A stretch of DNA of 57,584 nucleotides, the filler included, from Sphacelaria rigidula (lineage: Eukaryota), in the NCBI GenBank assembly GCA_964200075.2. It is 7 parts of 7 records of this genome, joined end to end, with 100 filler letters (N's around TTAATTAATTAA, not from the genome) between each part and the next. Parts side by side here need not be neighbours in the genome. Positions count along the whole stretch, not along the records: positions 8,242 to 16,382 come from CAXNAA020012143.1; positions 16,483 to 24,623 come from CAXNAA020012144.1; 5 more parts are not named here. One strand, written 5' to 3'. The position numbers and the translations under genes are program-made. Positions 12,070-24,509 of this stretch are shown here, piece after piece. A model generated the notes under the pieces. That model was not told where the DNA came from, searched no databases, and saw nothing but the letters and a program-made list of their open reading frames with translations. Position 1 is the first letter of the stretch; each line of letters begins with the position of its first letter.

Positions 12070-12930
12070 AATCTGGAAGCCTGATATACGAAGGAGACTC
12101 GCTTCGAGATTGTTATATTTTGGTATCAGCTGCGTGCCTTGCAGAACGCGGTGACAAGATGTGGGCGTAGGCCTATCTTTTCATAGGGCGAGATGATTCA
12201 TCGATAGATAATGTAACGTTGGCATGTACCGTAGCGACACAACGCGTATCCTACTCGTGGGCGGCCCCTGACTTTATCACAAATTGCCAAGATTGGGTCT
12301 CCTTCGTGTATTAGGCTCTCACGAGGCCCATCTAAGAATATAGTTATTATGCTTGCTACTTCGCCGGCGATTGGCGACGGTGAGCCTCATATGCGGAGGA
12401 CACTCCCTTCAAGTTTTTGATATTTGTTATCAGTTGCGTGCCTTACTTTAGCGATGAAAAGATGTGGGCTCATACCTCCATAGGGCGATGTGATTCATGA
12501 CTCATCGATGGATCCGGCCATGTTGGCATGTACCGTAGCAACAACGCATATCCTACTCGGGGTTGGTCTCTGCCTGATCAGAGATTGTCGAGTTTGGGTT
12601 TCCTTCGTGTATCAGGCACTCGCAAACCCCGTATTACAACATCAAAATTATGCTTGCTTCGTCGGCGACTGGCGATGGCGAGCCTCATATACGAAGGACA
12701 CTCCCTTCAACGTTTGTGTATTTTCATATCTTTTGTGTGCCTTGCAGGACGGATGAAACGAAGTGGGCCTACCCCTCCATAGGACAAGATGATTCGTTGA
12801 TAGATGAGGTTATTATCTTGTTGGCATGTACTGTGGCACCACACTGCATATCCTATTCGGGGGCAGCCTCTGACTTGATCTAAGATTGCCGAGTTTGGGT
12901 TTCCTTCGTGTATGAGGCTCTGATGGGGTC
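12070..12930. repeat. Three diverged tandem ~300-bp units (plus a partial copy at ~13160-13250)
   Basis: Anchor ttggcatgtac at 12219, 12523 and 12821 (periods 304 and 298). The units share the (t/a)ttgggt(t/c)tccttcgtgtat block. Confidence 0.85.
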
Positions 12931-14583
12931 CAGCGGATCCTACGTTTTGGGGTTGAGGTAAAAAATGAGGTTCAACCCGCAAATCGTTTACGTTGAGCAA
13001 GTACCAAACAGTAACACAGAAGGCAAGTCTTGCCGCCCAAAACTCCGCAGGAAGAGTCGGGCAGTTCGGGCGAGGTGCACCCAACGAATGCGGTGTACAC
13101 ACGTGTCTACGACGATTTTACCATAGAGAGAAGCAACGACAGAGAGGAAGCTCCTCGCCCGTGTCTTTTGTGTATCCTCGCTTGGCGATCACCAATCGCT
13201 CAAGAGACTGGCATCATCGATGTTGCCGACTTTGGGTTTCCTTCGTCATCGACACGCGTGTACACCGCATTCTTTTTTGTCAAGATAAGATAGGTGCCGG
13301 TTCACCAAGTAATCAAGCACCCTCCTCATACAAGCATGAGGGTTCAGCTGACACGAAGAGTACACGGCAAACCTGAACACCGGACACAACACTGTGCTGA
13401 ACTCTCGATCACGACGGTAGGTCAACTCCAGAATCGGCATCAAACGAACACATAAAAACAAAAACGTGATCGAATGATCTATCCACCCCCAGCCTCACGG
13501 TAAAGGAAGTGAGCGGACGGCTGATACTTGTAAATGACCTATCACGTGGCATAACCTGCACTCGACAGAACCGAATGGGCGCGGATAACGCACGGGAAGA
13601 ACAGCCGCCATGGACACGGAGAATTCAGGAGGGGACGGCAACATGAACGCGGCGAATATGACCCAAGCTTTTCAACATCGGAACAGAAGTCGAACAAAGT
13701 TCACGGAATCGTATTCGTCCCAGGGTGCGAAACTATGGCGGGTCAAGAAACCGTTTAGAGCCAGTGTCACCTCGGTTCAACCATACCGCAAGTCGAGACG
13801 TCACAGATACAAACTGCATTGAGACGGAGAATTAAGCCTTTTTTTCGCTGCGGAGGTCGAGTGGATAGCAGGCGAAGAATACGTGGAGAAACACAAGATC
13901 AAAACCAGGTAGTCAATGTCGGCGAGTCTCCGCGGTGCTGATGCCTATTTGAACTTCGGTGTGTGGAGTAGAATGTGTATCAAGGAGGTTGTGGTGCGTT
14001 GAGTAGGATCACCGCTTGATTAATACACGGAAAATCCCACGAAAACGTACATCATGACCTTCACCGAGGGTGGAGTTCCCCAGAATTGCCAACGAAACGC
14101 TAGTCGTGCCTACTGGGAGCCCATCGCCTTGCAAACAGACCTCCCCAAACGAGCTCACCCTCCTCGCCTGCAACCTCGAATTTGGCTACCAGGTGAACAT
14201 GTTAGCCGAAAAAGTGCAACCCTATCGTAGCACGACCCAGCTTATAAGCAATCACTCGTTCCCTTGGGTACGTCGTTGGAGGCCGTATGTTGTTACTACT
14301 GCCGTTGTTGCTGCTACATTCTGGACTGCGCATATGACGTTAGAAACCACCCTCTCTATGGCAACAGTCGCAGTCATATATAATCTTATCGCCTCAGGTG
14401 ATGCTCTACGGGGAATGTCGATGGTTATGAGCGAAATGGCGATTACATGACATGCAATGCGCAACGACTGCCGCTTCATTGCCGTTTCAACTTATGTTTG
14501 ATACGGTGTCCGTCAGCAAGTGCCGTACAGAAATTCGCACAACGAAGGTGTTATTGCCTGTACGGTAGTTTCAGGTCGTGTTG

Positions 14584-14774
14584 TAATACGTGAGAGGGCC
14601 GCGTGCTTAGAGGACCGCGCCGTAGTTTAAAACACCGCAGGATCGACGTTTTTCGAAACCAAACGGGTCAGTCCCTGCAGGTACCACGCCCCTAACCATA
14701 GCCCCAACACTAACCCTAACCCTAACCCTAACCGTAGGGGTGTTGAAACTCCGATGCGGTCCTCTCACACATTA
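14584..14774. mobile_element. MITE with internal (CCCTAA)n telomere-like repeats, copy 1
   Basis: Ends taatacgtgagagggccgcgtgcttagaggaccgc ... gcggtcctctcacacatta, with an internal ctaaccctaaccctaaccctaacc tract. Confidence 0.85.
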
Positions 14775-15388
14775 CAGTGTAGTCGCACGCTTCGCCCGTC
14801 CTTTGCAGTTTGCGAGTGCATATAACAAAATATTTGCAGGAGTGGTGCTGGGCGTGCTGTTGTTGCGCAGCGCCGTATATAGGGATGCAACTGCTGCTGT
14901 TGCGACTGCTCCTTCCTGCTGCTGAAACATGATGCAAGATGCCACCCTTCCGATGATGACATGTGGGAAAGCCTCAAATAAGGAGTTAGGTAGTCTGATG
15001 CATATGACGTGGTTCGTTATGCAAGGATTTGACCTGGACGGAACGACTTCTGCTTCCCTGCAGCTTCATCCAAAGGAACTGTAATCCGCGACGACGAAAT
15101 CCAATTCATTGTCACATACCACAGGGAAATCGCTCAACAGCAACATCGCCCCTCGAGTAAGCACCATGGACTCGAACAAGGAACATAGGCAACCTAGTTC
15201 TGCCGCGGCCGAAAGGCAATGGGTGGAGACTTCCACACCTTGTTTGGCTGAGGACAGGAGCAGAGGATCGTATCGTATAGGTCTCTGGTACACACCAGCG
15301 AAAGCGAAGAAGCCTGCACGGAAAATGTCGGGTGGGCGATGAACGTGAGAATGCCGAGGCAGCAGCTGAGGAGTAGAGGTTATCCTTG

Positions 15389-15594
15389 TAATGCGCGAGA
15401 GGACCGCGTGCTTAGAGGACCGCGCCGAGGCTCGAAACTCCCCACGACAGACGGTTTCCAAAAACAATCGGGCTAGTCCCTGCAGGTACCACGCCCCTGA
15501 TCCAACCCCAACACTAACCCTAACCATAACCATAACCATAAGGATGTTCAAATTCCGATGCGGTCCTCTAAGCACGCGGTCTTCTCACGCATTA
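15389..15594. mobile_element. MITE with internal telomere-like repeats, copy 2
   Basis: ~35-bp TIRs taatgcgcgagaggaccgcgtgcttagaggaccgc / gcggtcctctaagcacgcggtcttctcacgcatta. Interior is collinear with copy 1. Confidence 0.88.
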
Positions 15595-16307
15595 CGATCC
15601 TGGTAAAAGGGAAGGAAGGGTCAGCCCGCTAATGATCGCGTGCCACGGGTGGCAACGACCACCCCTTGTAAGGAACCTGAAATTCGCAGAGGTGAGTCAT
15701 CACAGGTCGTGCGTGTGGTTTTGCTGTTGCGCGCGCTGCTGCTGCTTTCTGCTTCTTCAACACGATGCCATATTCCACACTTTCCATGATGACCTTCGAG
15801 TACGGTGAGTGTTTTCGTCGGACGTGATGTTCTGCAGATGTCGTCTTTTACTATCGCACACGGCACGTTGTAGGGCGTGCACCATGTCGTTCGTGCGGTG
15901 TGAGAGCTGCCTTACTCCTCCTTGAGTCACAGTCTGTCACTCTGTAATGGCTGGTGCCCCCCGCTCACAACCTTCCCCCCGCTCACAACCCTCATTGGAG
16001 GCCTGGCGTTACACGTACGCCGACATGCATTGGTGGCGCTCTTGTGTAACCCACGGCGGCGCATTTCCCCTCACTCGCTACATTCCACGGAGGAATCGCT
16101 GAACAGCCTCGCTCAACTGGACTGCGTCGAACAGTGAAGACTTGAGCGGCCACGCCTGGAAAAACACCATACTACTCGCACGATTTTCGCTGCATCGGCG
16201 GCACTTTCCAGTCGAGAGCGAAGATGCCTGGAACGGGGCTGGCGGAGGAGGGACGAAAGAATTTCCGGCGGGTTCAGCAGGCGTGCTTTCTACCTTGGTC
16301 CACGGCC

Positions 16308-16382
16308 TAATGCGTGAGAGGACCGCGTGCTTAGAGGACCGCATCGGAATTTGAACATCCCCATGGTTAGGGTTAGGGTTAG
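16308..16382. mobile_element. Telomere-repeat MITE copy 3, opposite orientation, cut by the spacer
   Basis: taatgcgtgagaggaccgcgtgcttagaggaccgcatcggaatttgaacatcc followed by ggttagggttagggttag. Confidence 0.85.
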
Positions 16383-16482
16383 NNNNNNNNNNNNNNNNNN
16401 NNNNNNNNNNNNNNNNNNNNNNNNNNTTAATTAATTAANNNNNNNNNNNNNNNNNNNNNNNNNNNNNNNNNNNNNNNNNNNN

Positions 16483-16600
16483 GGTGGTTTGAGTGCGAGC
16501 CTGGTCCGGCGAAAACCTGGCGTGCCCCGTCCCGGCTTTGTAGGGATGCTAGGTCAATGGTCTCCTGACTATGGCTGCATGATCATGAATACACACCCCC
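16483..16600. repeat. Dispersed repeat family A terminal module
   Basis: gagtgcgagcctggtccggcgaaaacc...gatcatgaatacacaccccc. Confidence 0.85.
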
Positions 16601-17823
16601 TGCCCCCTGGTGTCACTCGTGCAGTATAGTTGAATCTCTATTCTTTTTCGTACAACTCTCGGCCGCCAACAGAACACCGCCCGCTCAAACATCCCCTGGC
16701 GCCCATCGCGACACTCAACCTGGGAGTCGAATCATACGATGCTGTGTGCGACTAGTCTCGACACAAAGCGCCCTCAAACATTGGAACTACACCCAAAACC
16801 GAGCATCTCTCGGTCTCTTCTTGATGGCGCAATCTGCGCGAGCGAACATGAGTTGCGCCTTTTCCTTCGCTCAACACCATTCTATGCTACCTCGCGTGGT
16901 TCAGGGATGCCCGCAAGTTCATAACCCCATTTCAGTGCCTCTTGCAAAATTTTTGCGAGCTGGGCACCAGTGCTCAAAGAGTGCCGGCAGGATCTGATCA
17001 CACCCTCCGAAACACACGACACCTCCCACAGAGTTCCGGGAAGCCGTTGCCTCAATCTATGAACCAAAGCAACATTTGGGCGCTATTACGGTTCCAGCCG
17101 GTGCTATCATACGCACACCTTCAGGTATCCCTACACCCTCCTGTCCTTTCAACTCTTTAAGCATTGCATTCGTCTACACTTCACGATTATTGCGTAGATC
17201 TACTTCGTCAGTAGTCATACGAGCGTTCTCGACATGGCAAAGATGTGCGTCAACCGCTGGACGCCACCAAGAATCGGACTCCCCTGATTTTGCTCTGCTG
17301 TTCTCCCTGGAGTTGTCCGTATCCGTGGTCAAAGCGGGGAACACGGATGCTTTCAACTCCTGCTGGATCAATGTGGCTTCATGTTTAACCTCGGGGCCCG
17401 TCGCGAGCATCATGATCTCTTTCACCTGGCACAGATTTCCTGCAAGCCCTCAACGGTTGCTATGATCAATGCCATCTCATATTCCTCGTGTGGCGTCGTG
17501 GACCTCGTCGCACTACGCGCACCCCCGAGAGTGGTGCCGCCCTCCGCGCCTCACTGCGTGTGCGTCCTATCATTTGAGAAGGCAGAGACCACCCCCCGTG
17601 CCGCGCAAGACGGTGTCGCTCCGCCCGTCGACAGCTGCAGACGATCGCCAACCCCTGACGTCGTGCTTGAGGGGCGGCGGGGGGGGGGGGTTCAGAAGCA
17701 GAGGTCTTTGGAGGCTGCGGCGCAGACTTTCTCGGCACGCCTAATCTGCCGTCGGTCGCGTCGCTCCTGCTGCCAGCCGGTGTCGTTCAAGTCATTTACT
17801 TCCCTTCTCCCTTGGAGGCTTTG

Positions 17824-19061
17824 CGTCAGTTGGCAACGACGCTGTAAAAACGCCGCTCATTGCGTAAGCTAGACAACCAGGTTACCGCTTTTACCCTCGC
17901 TTGTGTCAGCCCTACGCCAAAATAAAAAAGAAATGATGAAAAATATACCGGAATGCCCGCTCTATAGTTGTAAATGCCCCCCCTTGACCCGCATACAAAA
18001 ATCATTTCACTTTTGAACGGAAACTTTGCTTGTAGATTTCTCTACCGTGGATCAAGTCACCTCCGTGAAACTGGGTGCACTAGTCGGACATGACACAGGC
18101 AGTGTGTGCACAGGAGAACAGCTCCTTTTGGCCACCGAGCAAAATTAAACTACGTGAATGCCGTTATACCTTCGATACGCCCTTAAAACGGCTGTATCGC
18201 AACCCAGACTCTGTGCACTGAGTGAAAACATATGTGAGCATGTTGATGCATTCAGTTCCACATCATGGTTACCTGGGAGGGTACAGTGCTGTTCAATATA
18301 GATCAGTACTGGCACACCCTCTGGATAATCACAATCTGTAGGAAATTCATTCCGGTATCGCCTGGAGAGATGCTCAGCGCGGGAGGCACGGTCGTACGCG
18401 CGCTGTCGTCGCTACAAGGCGCTGAAAGTTAGGTAACACATTACGTAAGCTACAATAAGCAAGCGCATGTGTCTGGATGTGAGGTTGGACCTTGCAATAG
18501 TGCGCAAGGGGATGAGAAGAGCTCAGATTCCGTTCCAGGATGTTTTTCTTTGAGCGCAAGACTGGGATTTTTTTGCGGTAACCGTGATGGCGGTCGATTT
18601 CGGCTTTTTTGTACGGGGTGGAGATCGTATCATGTAATGTTTAAATATAGATAGCGATGAGGCAGTTTAACCCGTGGCTGTCTCTGGAATTGGCGATACC
18701 AGAAAATGAAGCAATTCATTGTGGGCTGCTATCCATTTGCAAGAAAATTACTACACTTCGGACAGTACAACCTCAGCAGGGCGCAGGTCCCCCCTCATGC
18801 AACTCGCCGAACACATTGCGGCACTTTGCGCTTGGTGATTTCGAGCCTGGCTCGGCGATAGCCTGCGTGCTCCGTCTCGACTTTGTAGGGATGTGAGGTA
18901 AAGAGTCTCATAAAAACGGCGTGCAGAATCATGAATGCACTACCATCCCGCCACCTGGTTCCCTGGTCCGGCGAGAGTCCGGCGTGCTCCGTCCCGGCTT
19001 GATAGGGATGCGAGGTCAACGATCATATGACTACGGCGTGCAAAGTCATGAGTGCACCCCC
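17824..19061. repeat. Composite family A copy with two terminal modules, interrupted by a MITE
   Basis: Blocks homologous to ~5920-5990 and ~6100-6414. A second terminal module at ~18962-19061 ends catgagtgcaccccc. Confidence 0.7.
17946..18357. mobile_element. Putative Tc1/mariner-type MITE (TA target)
   Basis: TA-CCGGAATG ... CATTCCGG-TA inverted ends, located inside a family A copy. Confidence 0.5.
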
Positions 19062-22000
19062 TGTGCCACTACCGGGCTTCTCCCGAGTCGATCCCTCCCT
19101 TGCGCGTTCAACACGCACTGATTGAGTCATTTTTCCCCCAGCACTGCCACCGGGGTCCACGGTATCGCCCGAACTCTCCGCCCCCGGTAGGGAATGGTGA
19201 GCTCGCCGAGTAGGAAACTCCGCCAGGCGTAGCACCCCGTATTGGTAGTGTATCTGGACAAGACGCACTCCTTTCTGGCCAATCATCGCTGTTTCTTGAA
19301 TCCTCTGCTTCTTCTGGTGCGAGAACCGCTTGCTGTGTGGTGGAGGAAAATGAGAGTTACTCTCGCCCATGTTTTCATCGCGCCCAGATGAGCTTTTGTC
19401 CCTGACGTGTGCAATTATGTCTCTATCGCTGGTCATGGTGAGCTCCCGATCGATATCCCCCCTCCTCTACTCCAAGGATTCATGAGCTCGTGTCGTTCGC
19501 GCGTAAAGGCCGCGTTGTTTCCTGCGGATTTTGGAACATGAGGCATGAAACCAGGGCGGAACCCAACAACACCCAGCATCACACACGGCACCTGAATCGT
19601 GTTTGGGGCCAATGGCCTTAGTATGACCCTGTGATCGCGCGCGGAAGGGGCTACCTCTTCGGTCTCGCCTGCCCGTTTCTCGCGCAAAACGTACCGGTTC
19701 CCCGCTTGGCTTTTGTGTTGCGGCGGTTACTCTGCCGAAACTAACGTCACCACCGCTAAGGAAGAAGTCAACTGCCTCAGGGCCTCCTGACCCCACTTGT
19801 GGTGGACCGCTTCTCTCGGAGACTCTCCGACCTCCCTTTATCTGGTGCTGCAGTTCTGCTTTCTTCGACTGCATGTTGTGCCGTATCTTCATTAACATGC
19901 CGGGCTAGTTTGTGACCTGTTCCAGTCTGTCGCTTGTTCTACGTTTTCTCTCTGGAATGGGATTATCACCTAGCGTTGCCACAACAAAACTAACCGGCAA
20001 GCACACTGAATGATGCATTTGAGAGTTAGGGTTAGTCTCCCCTCCATGCCGCACGGTCTAGCTATCTGGAATGCTCCGGTGTTTTTGACGGCGTTGAAGA
20101 TAGGCCAACAATGTTTCCTGCCCTCGCTCCTCGAACACCTCAGGTGTGGTGGCCAGCGGACAGCCGTCACCCCAGTTCCACGTCTTCTCCGAGACGCAAA
20201 TACCCTGCCCGAACGCCGAAACGGGTCTGTTTGAGGAATTTCCGAAATGGCCAGTAGAGCTCGATCAGGTATGTGGTTCGTGATCAAGGTTTATGATATA
20301 TTACCTAGATTACTACACAATAGGTAGTGACTAGCCATTCGCGCGTCTTGCTGTGATGTAATTGGAGATTCACATTGTGGAAGCTCTTCCGTTGCGCAGT
20401 CTCACCCTGCCATTCAGGGTGAAGTTATGCGGTACAGTAGTACGGGGTGGAACATAAATATCGTTAGTCAGGGAGTTCGTTTCTTTCAATTCTCCAGGCT
20501 GGTTCCTGCGCGCAGATGATACTCCACCCACACCGTGCGTGCTCATGTAGAAATTCAACAAACCGATGCTACTACGGTCTTGAACGAGCATACTACGTTG
20601 AACTCTAGGACGGTGGCGCTGCCCAAACTGCGTGGTCGCGGTACGAAGGAAGCCAGTAGCCACTCACTTCATTACGCCACTCTTTTTACGAGATCAAGTC
20701 GCCCATGTAAGTCTAGCAGCAATAACTTCTTGTGCGGAGAAATTCGCTCACAAGCTTCCGCCGTGCCCAACGGCTCCGCTCCTGCCTAAATGCTTGCCAA
20801 TTCGTGCGCACCACATGTTTTCCATGAATGCTTTCGAGATGTGGGTTTTGTAGATGCGGTAGCTATTATTTCGGTTGCTCATCAGCTGTTGTAGTTTCAT
20901 AATGTTCCGGTGTTGCAACCGCCGCGCGTTTGTACCGTGGGTCAGATTGAAGGCTGCGTAAACGCGGAGACGCCGGAAGACTGCCCCGAAAAGCGTGCCG
21001 GCGTCGGCGTGTGCAAACCCAATCGATCGGGGGTTTTCCGAATACAGGGCAAGAATCTTGTGCTTCATGTCGGGACAGACGTGGTCAACACCATGTCGTG
21101 CATGATTAAGGCAGATGGACTACTTCTAGGTTGCAGCACTTTCGGCCAGGTACACATGGTTGTGTTACGCACTGTGAAGAGGATGTTGTATTACGTGTGT
21201 CGCACCCTCTAGTTTCGCTACGTGGATGGCGTGCGGTGTATTATTGACGGGTCACATGGTTAAACCTTGGCGGGCGGTGCAATGCCTCGGCTCCCGTCCA
21301 CCCTACTGAAGGGTGTCCTCTGCCGTGGTCGTATCAGTCGCATTCGCCCACATTCTCAGCTCAAAATATTTATAGATGCTCTCTACCTGTATGTTGCACT
21401 TTCCAGTGTTTTTTTCTCCTTCTCCTTTGCATTACGAGTCTCGATGGGGGTGCTTTCGGACGCCGCCGCAATCGTACCACGTGCTTCATTATCCCCCATT
21501 TCTCATGTAAAATTTATACCTGTCTCGCAAATCTGTAACTTGCCGCGGGTCTGTTGTTGTGCATCATGTCGCTTGTGTGCTCGCGGAGGGATTTCAATTC
21601 AGGGGAAGCTTTTTACCTCACGTGCCATCATTGCCTTCTATGTGGCAACCCATTCATGTAGCGCATGCGCTAAATACGTGAGTGATATACATGGTATCGC
21701 GTCTCCCCCCACTTTCAATGTGCGTCTTTCGCCTTTGAACGCTGCCGCTCCTCTGGCAGGTGGCCGGCTTGCTTTCCGACGGGCTTCGCTTTTTTTCGGA
21801 GCGATGTGGAGGCGATATGACACCTGTGCACTACAAGATGATGCCGCCGATGGCGGTGGCGGAAGGTGGCGACATGTGGGTGCCGGTATCCGGCTCTTGG
21901 CGAGACCCCATCATGCGGGCCGATCAAATTTTCCGGAAGGAATTGCAGAAGCTTCTCTCGAAGAAAAAACTGGTGTAGAGTGCTCCTGGATAGCGGTGAT

Positions 22001-22440
22001 AACCTCGCTTCGTGGCACATGTTGATCGACAATACGCGGCTGCTGTATATTCGTAAATATTTGAAGATTTGCGTTCGACTGGAAGCGTTTTTTTCCAGTT
22101 TTTTCGGTAAGCAAGCCTCATCGTGGTTAGGTTGTCAGCCCCCACTGTAGAAATCGTGAGATATAAGTACCCGACATAAGTTCAAAACGGTAAACAAACA
22201 ATGTGTACGACCAAGTTTGGACCGGGTACGTGACCACCGGTCGTCGGAGGTCCTACGAGTATACAGCACCAGGATCTCGTTATTTGATCTCAGTTTGAAC
22301 AATCCGATGTGGATCATTTGTTTAAAATTACTCTATGGTTTAGGTTTTCGTCTCTTGGATATTTATTGCGGTACAGCCGGAAACCGTGTTTTGGAATCAT
22401 ATACGACCAATGTAACCCCTCGATATTTTTCAAGGGCAGG

Positions 22441-22939
22441 TCGAGTAGAGTATGTACCCTTGAGTACTCGAGTAAAATACTCGAGTGTTTAGTCTACTCA
22501 AATTCTGAGGAGGTCGAGTACGACCTCAAATAATCTACTCAAATTTTGGGTAGATCTGGTACGACCCCCAATACTGTTTTCAAATATTGAGTAAGCACTC
22601 TCAGTGATACTTGAGCGTAGAGTATCACTTGAGTATGGCCTCAACACTGTACTCAATATTTGACTAGGTCGAGTACGGCCTCAACTACTCTATTCAAATT
22701 TTGAGTAGATCGAGTACGACCTCCACTACTGTACTCAAATATTGAGTAAGCACTCTCAGTAATACTTGAGTATAGAGTTTCACTTGGGTATGACCTCAAT
22801 ACTCAAATTTTGAGTAGATCGAGTATGGCCTCAAATATTCTACTCAAATTTTGAGTAGATTGAGTACGACCTCCGATTGTCCGCTCAAATATTGAGCAAG
22901 CACTCTCAGTAGTTTTCGTTTGTTGTTGTTGTTGTTGTT

Positions 22940-23003
<64 letters not shown>

Positions 23004-23158
23004 GTCGATCTTTGAACCCCTCCCCTTCTCCGGGACGAGGCCGTGATCTCTAGGAATCAACCCATCGCGTCGGGAATCGAAACCTCGTCCTCTCCACCCT
23101 AATGGCGACAGTCGGACCATCACGTAGTACTTGAGTATAAAGTATCACTTGGGTATGA
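22441..23158. repeat. Degenerate minisatellite of palindromic ~40-bp units with higher-order structure
   Basis: Repeated tactcaaattttgagtagatcgagtacgacctc and tcaaatattgagtaagcactctcagt..tacttgag units. The array resumes at 23128 after a SINE insertion. Confidence 0.85.
22913..23123 (-). mobile_element. tRNA-derived SINE with (CAA)n tail
   Basis: Minus strand has a gtgatggt head, a B-box-like ggtttcgattccc, the family B 3' region and a long CAA tail. GTAG is duplicated at 22909-22912 and 23124-23127. Confidence 0.8.
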
Positions 23159-24363
23159 TAGTTAACCGTGACCTTCGGTGACTTCGTGATATCACTTTAC
23201 ATACTATGTTGAATACATGGGGTACCCATGGCCATCAATTAGATGAGTGGCGGTACGTCACGAGTAACAATGAGCATGAGCGAATGATGACAATCAAACA
23301 AAAAACCGTGCAGAAGCATGAGCCTACCTGCCCCAGCCCCTTCGATATCACTTTCAGTACAAAGCGCTACTCATTATCATCGAGTAATCGAGCAGACAGG
23401 TTGTCGGGTAGACGTTATTCCAATTTCACGGAGTGGAGTTGGTTTCTGCTGCGGGTAAAAATTCGACTGTGTTTTTGCGTCAGGGTTCTTGCGACCTGAT
23501 TGTTGCGATCGGATTCTTGCGACAGTTGTTTAGCTAGATTTTTCTACTCTGAAACCCCTATCGATTTCGGGTTTTTGGGGATAACTTCGTTCAAACAGAC
23601 ACCAAACGCATCCTGCCCCAAGGGGCACCTGGACACACAGCAGTTGCCTCTGCCTACCTTGTATTATGCTCCAAAATGAAGTCTTGAGTGAGAACCCCCA
23701 GCGTTCGGTGCCCATGTACAAGGATGATCATCTTGTATCATGCTCCAAAACGTACCTGACAAGGGGGCAACACCCCCGTACAGACAGTAGCAATGCTAGC
23801 GGATCCTACATCCTGAGAGTCTGTGACAATCTGGCAGCCGACAAGGTGGTTATGGTAGTGTCCTCCTGGCGATGCCAACTTACAGTAGTGCACTGGAGCA
23901 GAGTTTGCAGGTGAACATTTCGGCGATTGCGCCTCACCTACAGTTGGCTCAGATGTTTCGGAACCTTTCTCGATATCACCGACTAACATTGTTACATGTA
24001 CAGGTGGAAACGTACCAGACACTCCGTTACAATTTAAGTCGAGATGTACCAAACCCTGCATCATGTATGGAAATGTACCCAACCGTGGACAAGAGATTCT
24101 ACAGGCAGTACCAACACGCTCTTGAAAGTGTAATGCACACAGTTATGGGCGCGCCTGATCCCCCAAAATGAGCTCAAAAAGTGTCACCGACCGAAAGCAC
24201 GAACAGACCGGAGATGTCGTTCATCCTCTGACTATGCACGCCGCAAAATCCCTCAAAGTACTTGTGATTTGAGTAGGGTTTCCATTTCACGCTTTATAAG
24301 ATTTCTTGTTCCGGAGGACGAACCACGGCGTGGCTCGGCTACTCACCCGCGTGTATTCGTCCA

Positions 24364-24509
24364 AGCTACAATTGTACCGGTTGGTTTTACCTAAGACGTT
24401 ACGGTGATTGAGAACATCGCGAAACAAAAAGACATGTTTTTTTCACCTAACTCGTTATAAAACTCGCATCCTGATGAAACAAACAAATTCAACCGGTACA
24501 ATTGTAGCT
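24364..24509. mobile_element. Small MITE with 20-bp perfect TIRs
   Basis: agctacaattgtaccggttg ... caaccggtacaattgtagct. Confidence 0.7.

Noticed and set aside
12070..12930. Retrozyme (hammerhead-containing tandem monomers)
   Set aside because: No conserved CUGANGA...GAAA core was found on either strand by eye.
13610..14250. Possible gag-like remnant
   Set aside because: Many stops, no zinc knuckle or protease motif, and no LTR or PBS seen.
16365..16382. Chromosome end (TTAGGG repeats next to a gap)
   Set aside because: The repeats are the interior of a MITE seen complete at 14584-14774 and 15389-15594, and the gap is synthetic.
19023..21212. Fanzor/TnpB-type RuvC nuclease (DRD tripeptide near 19420)
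   Set aside because: No RuvC-I DPG, RuvC-II E or zinc-finger plus RDxNA pattern in the proper order.
21267..22025. 252-aa ORF, the longest non-TE ORF in the window
   Set aside because: It has a non-ATG start, runs through pyrimidine-rich intron-like sequence and shows no recognisable domain.
22938..23123. PolyQ protein ORF (also 55826-56056)
   Set aside because: These are translations of (CAA)n retroposon tails.
23640..23760. Penelope-like RT motif (LPTLYYAPK)
   Set aside because: It is a single short motif, locally duplicated, and no downstream RT motifs were recognised.
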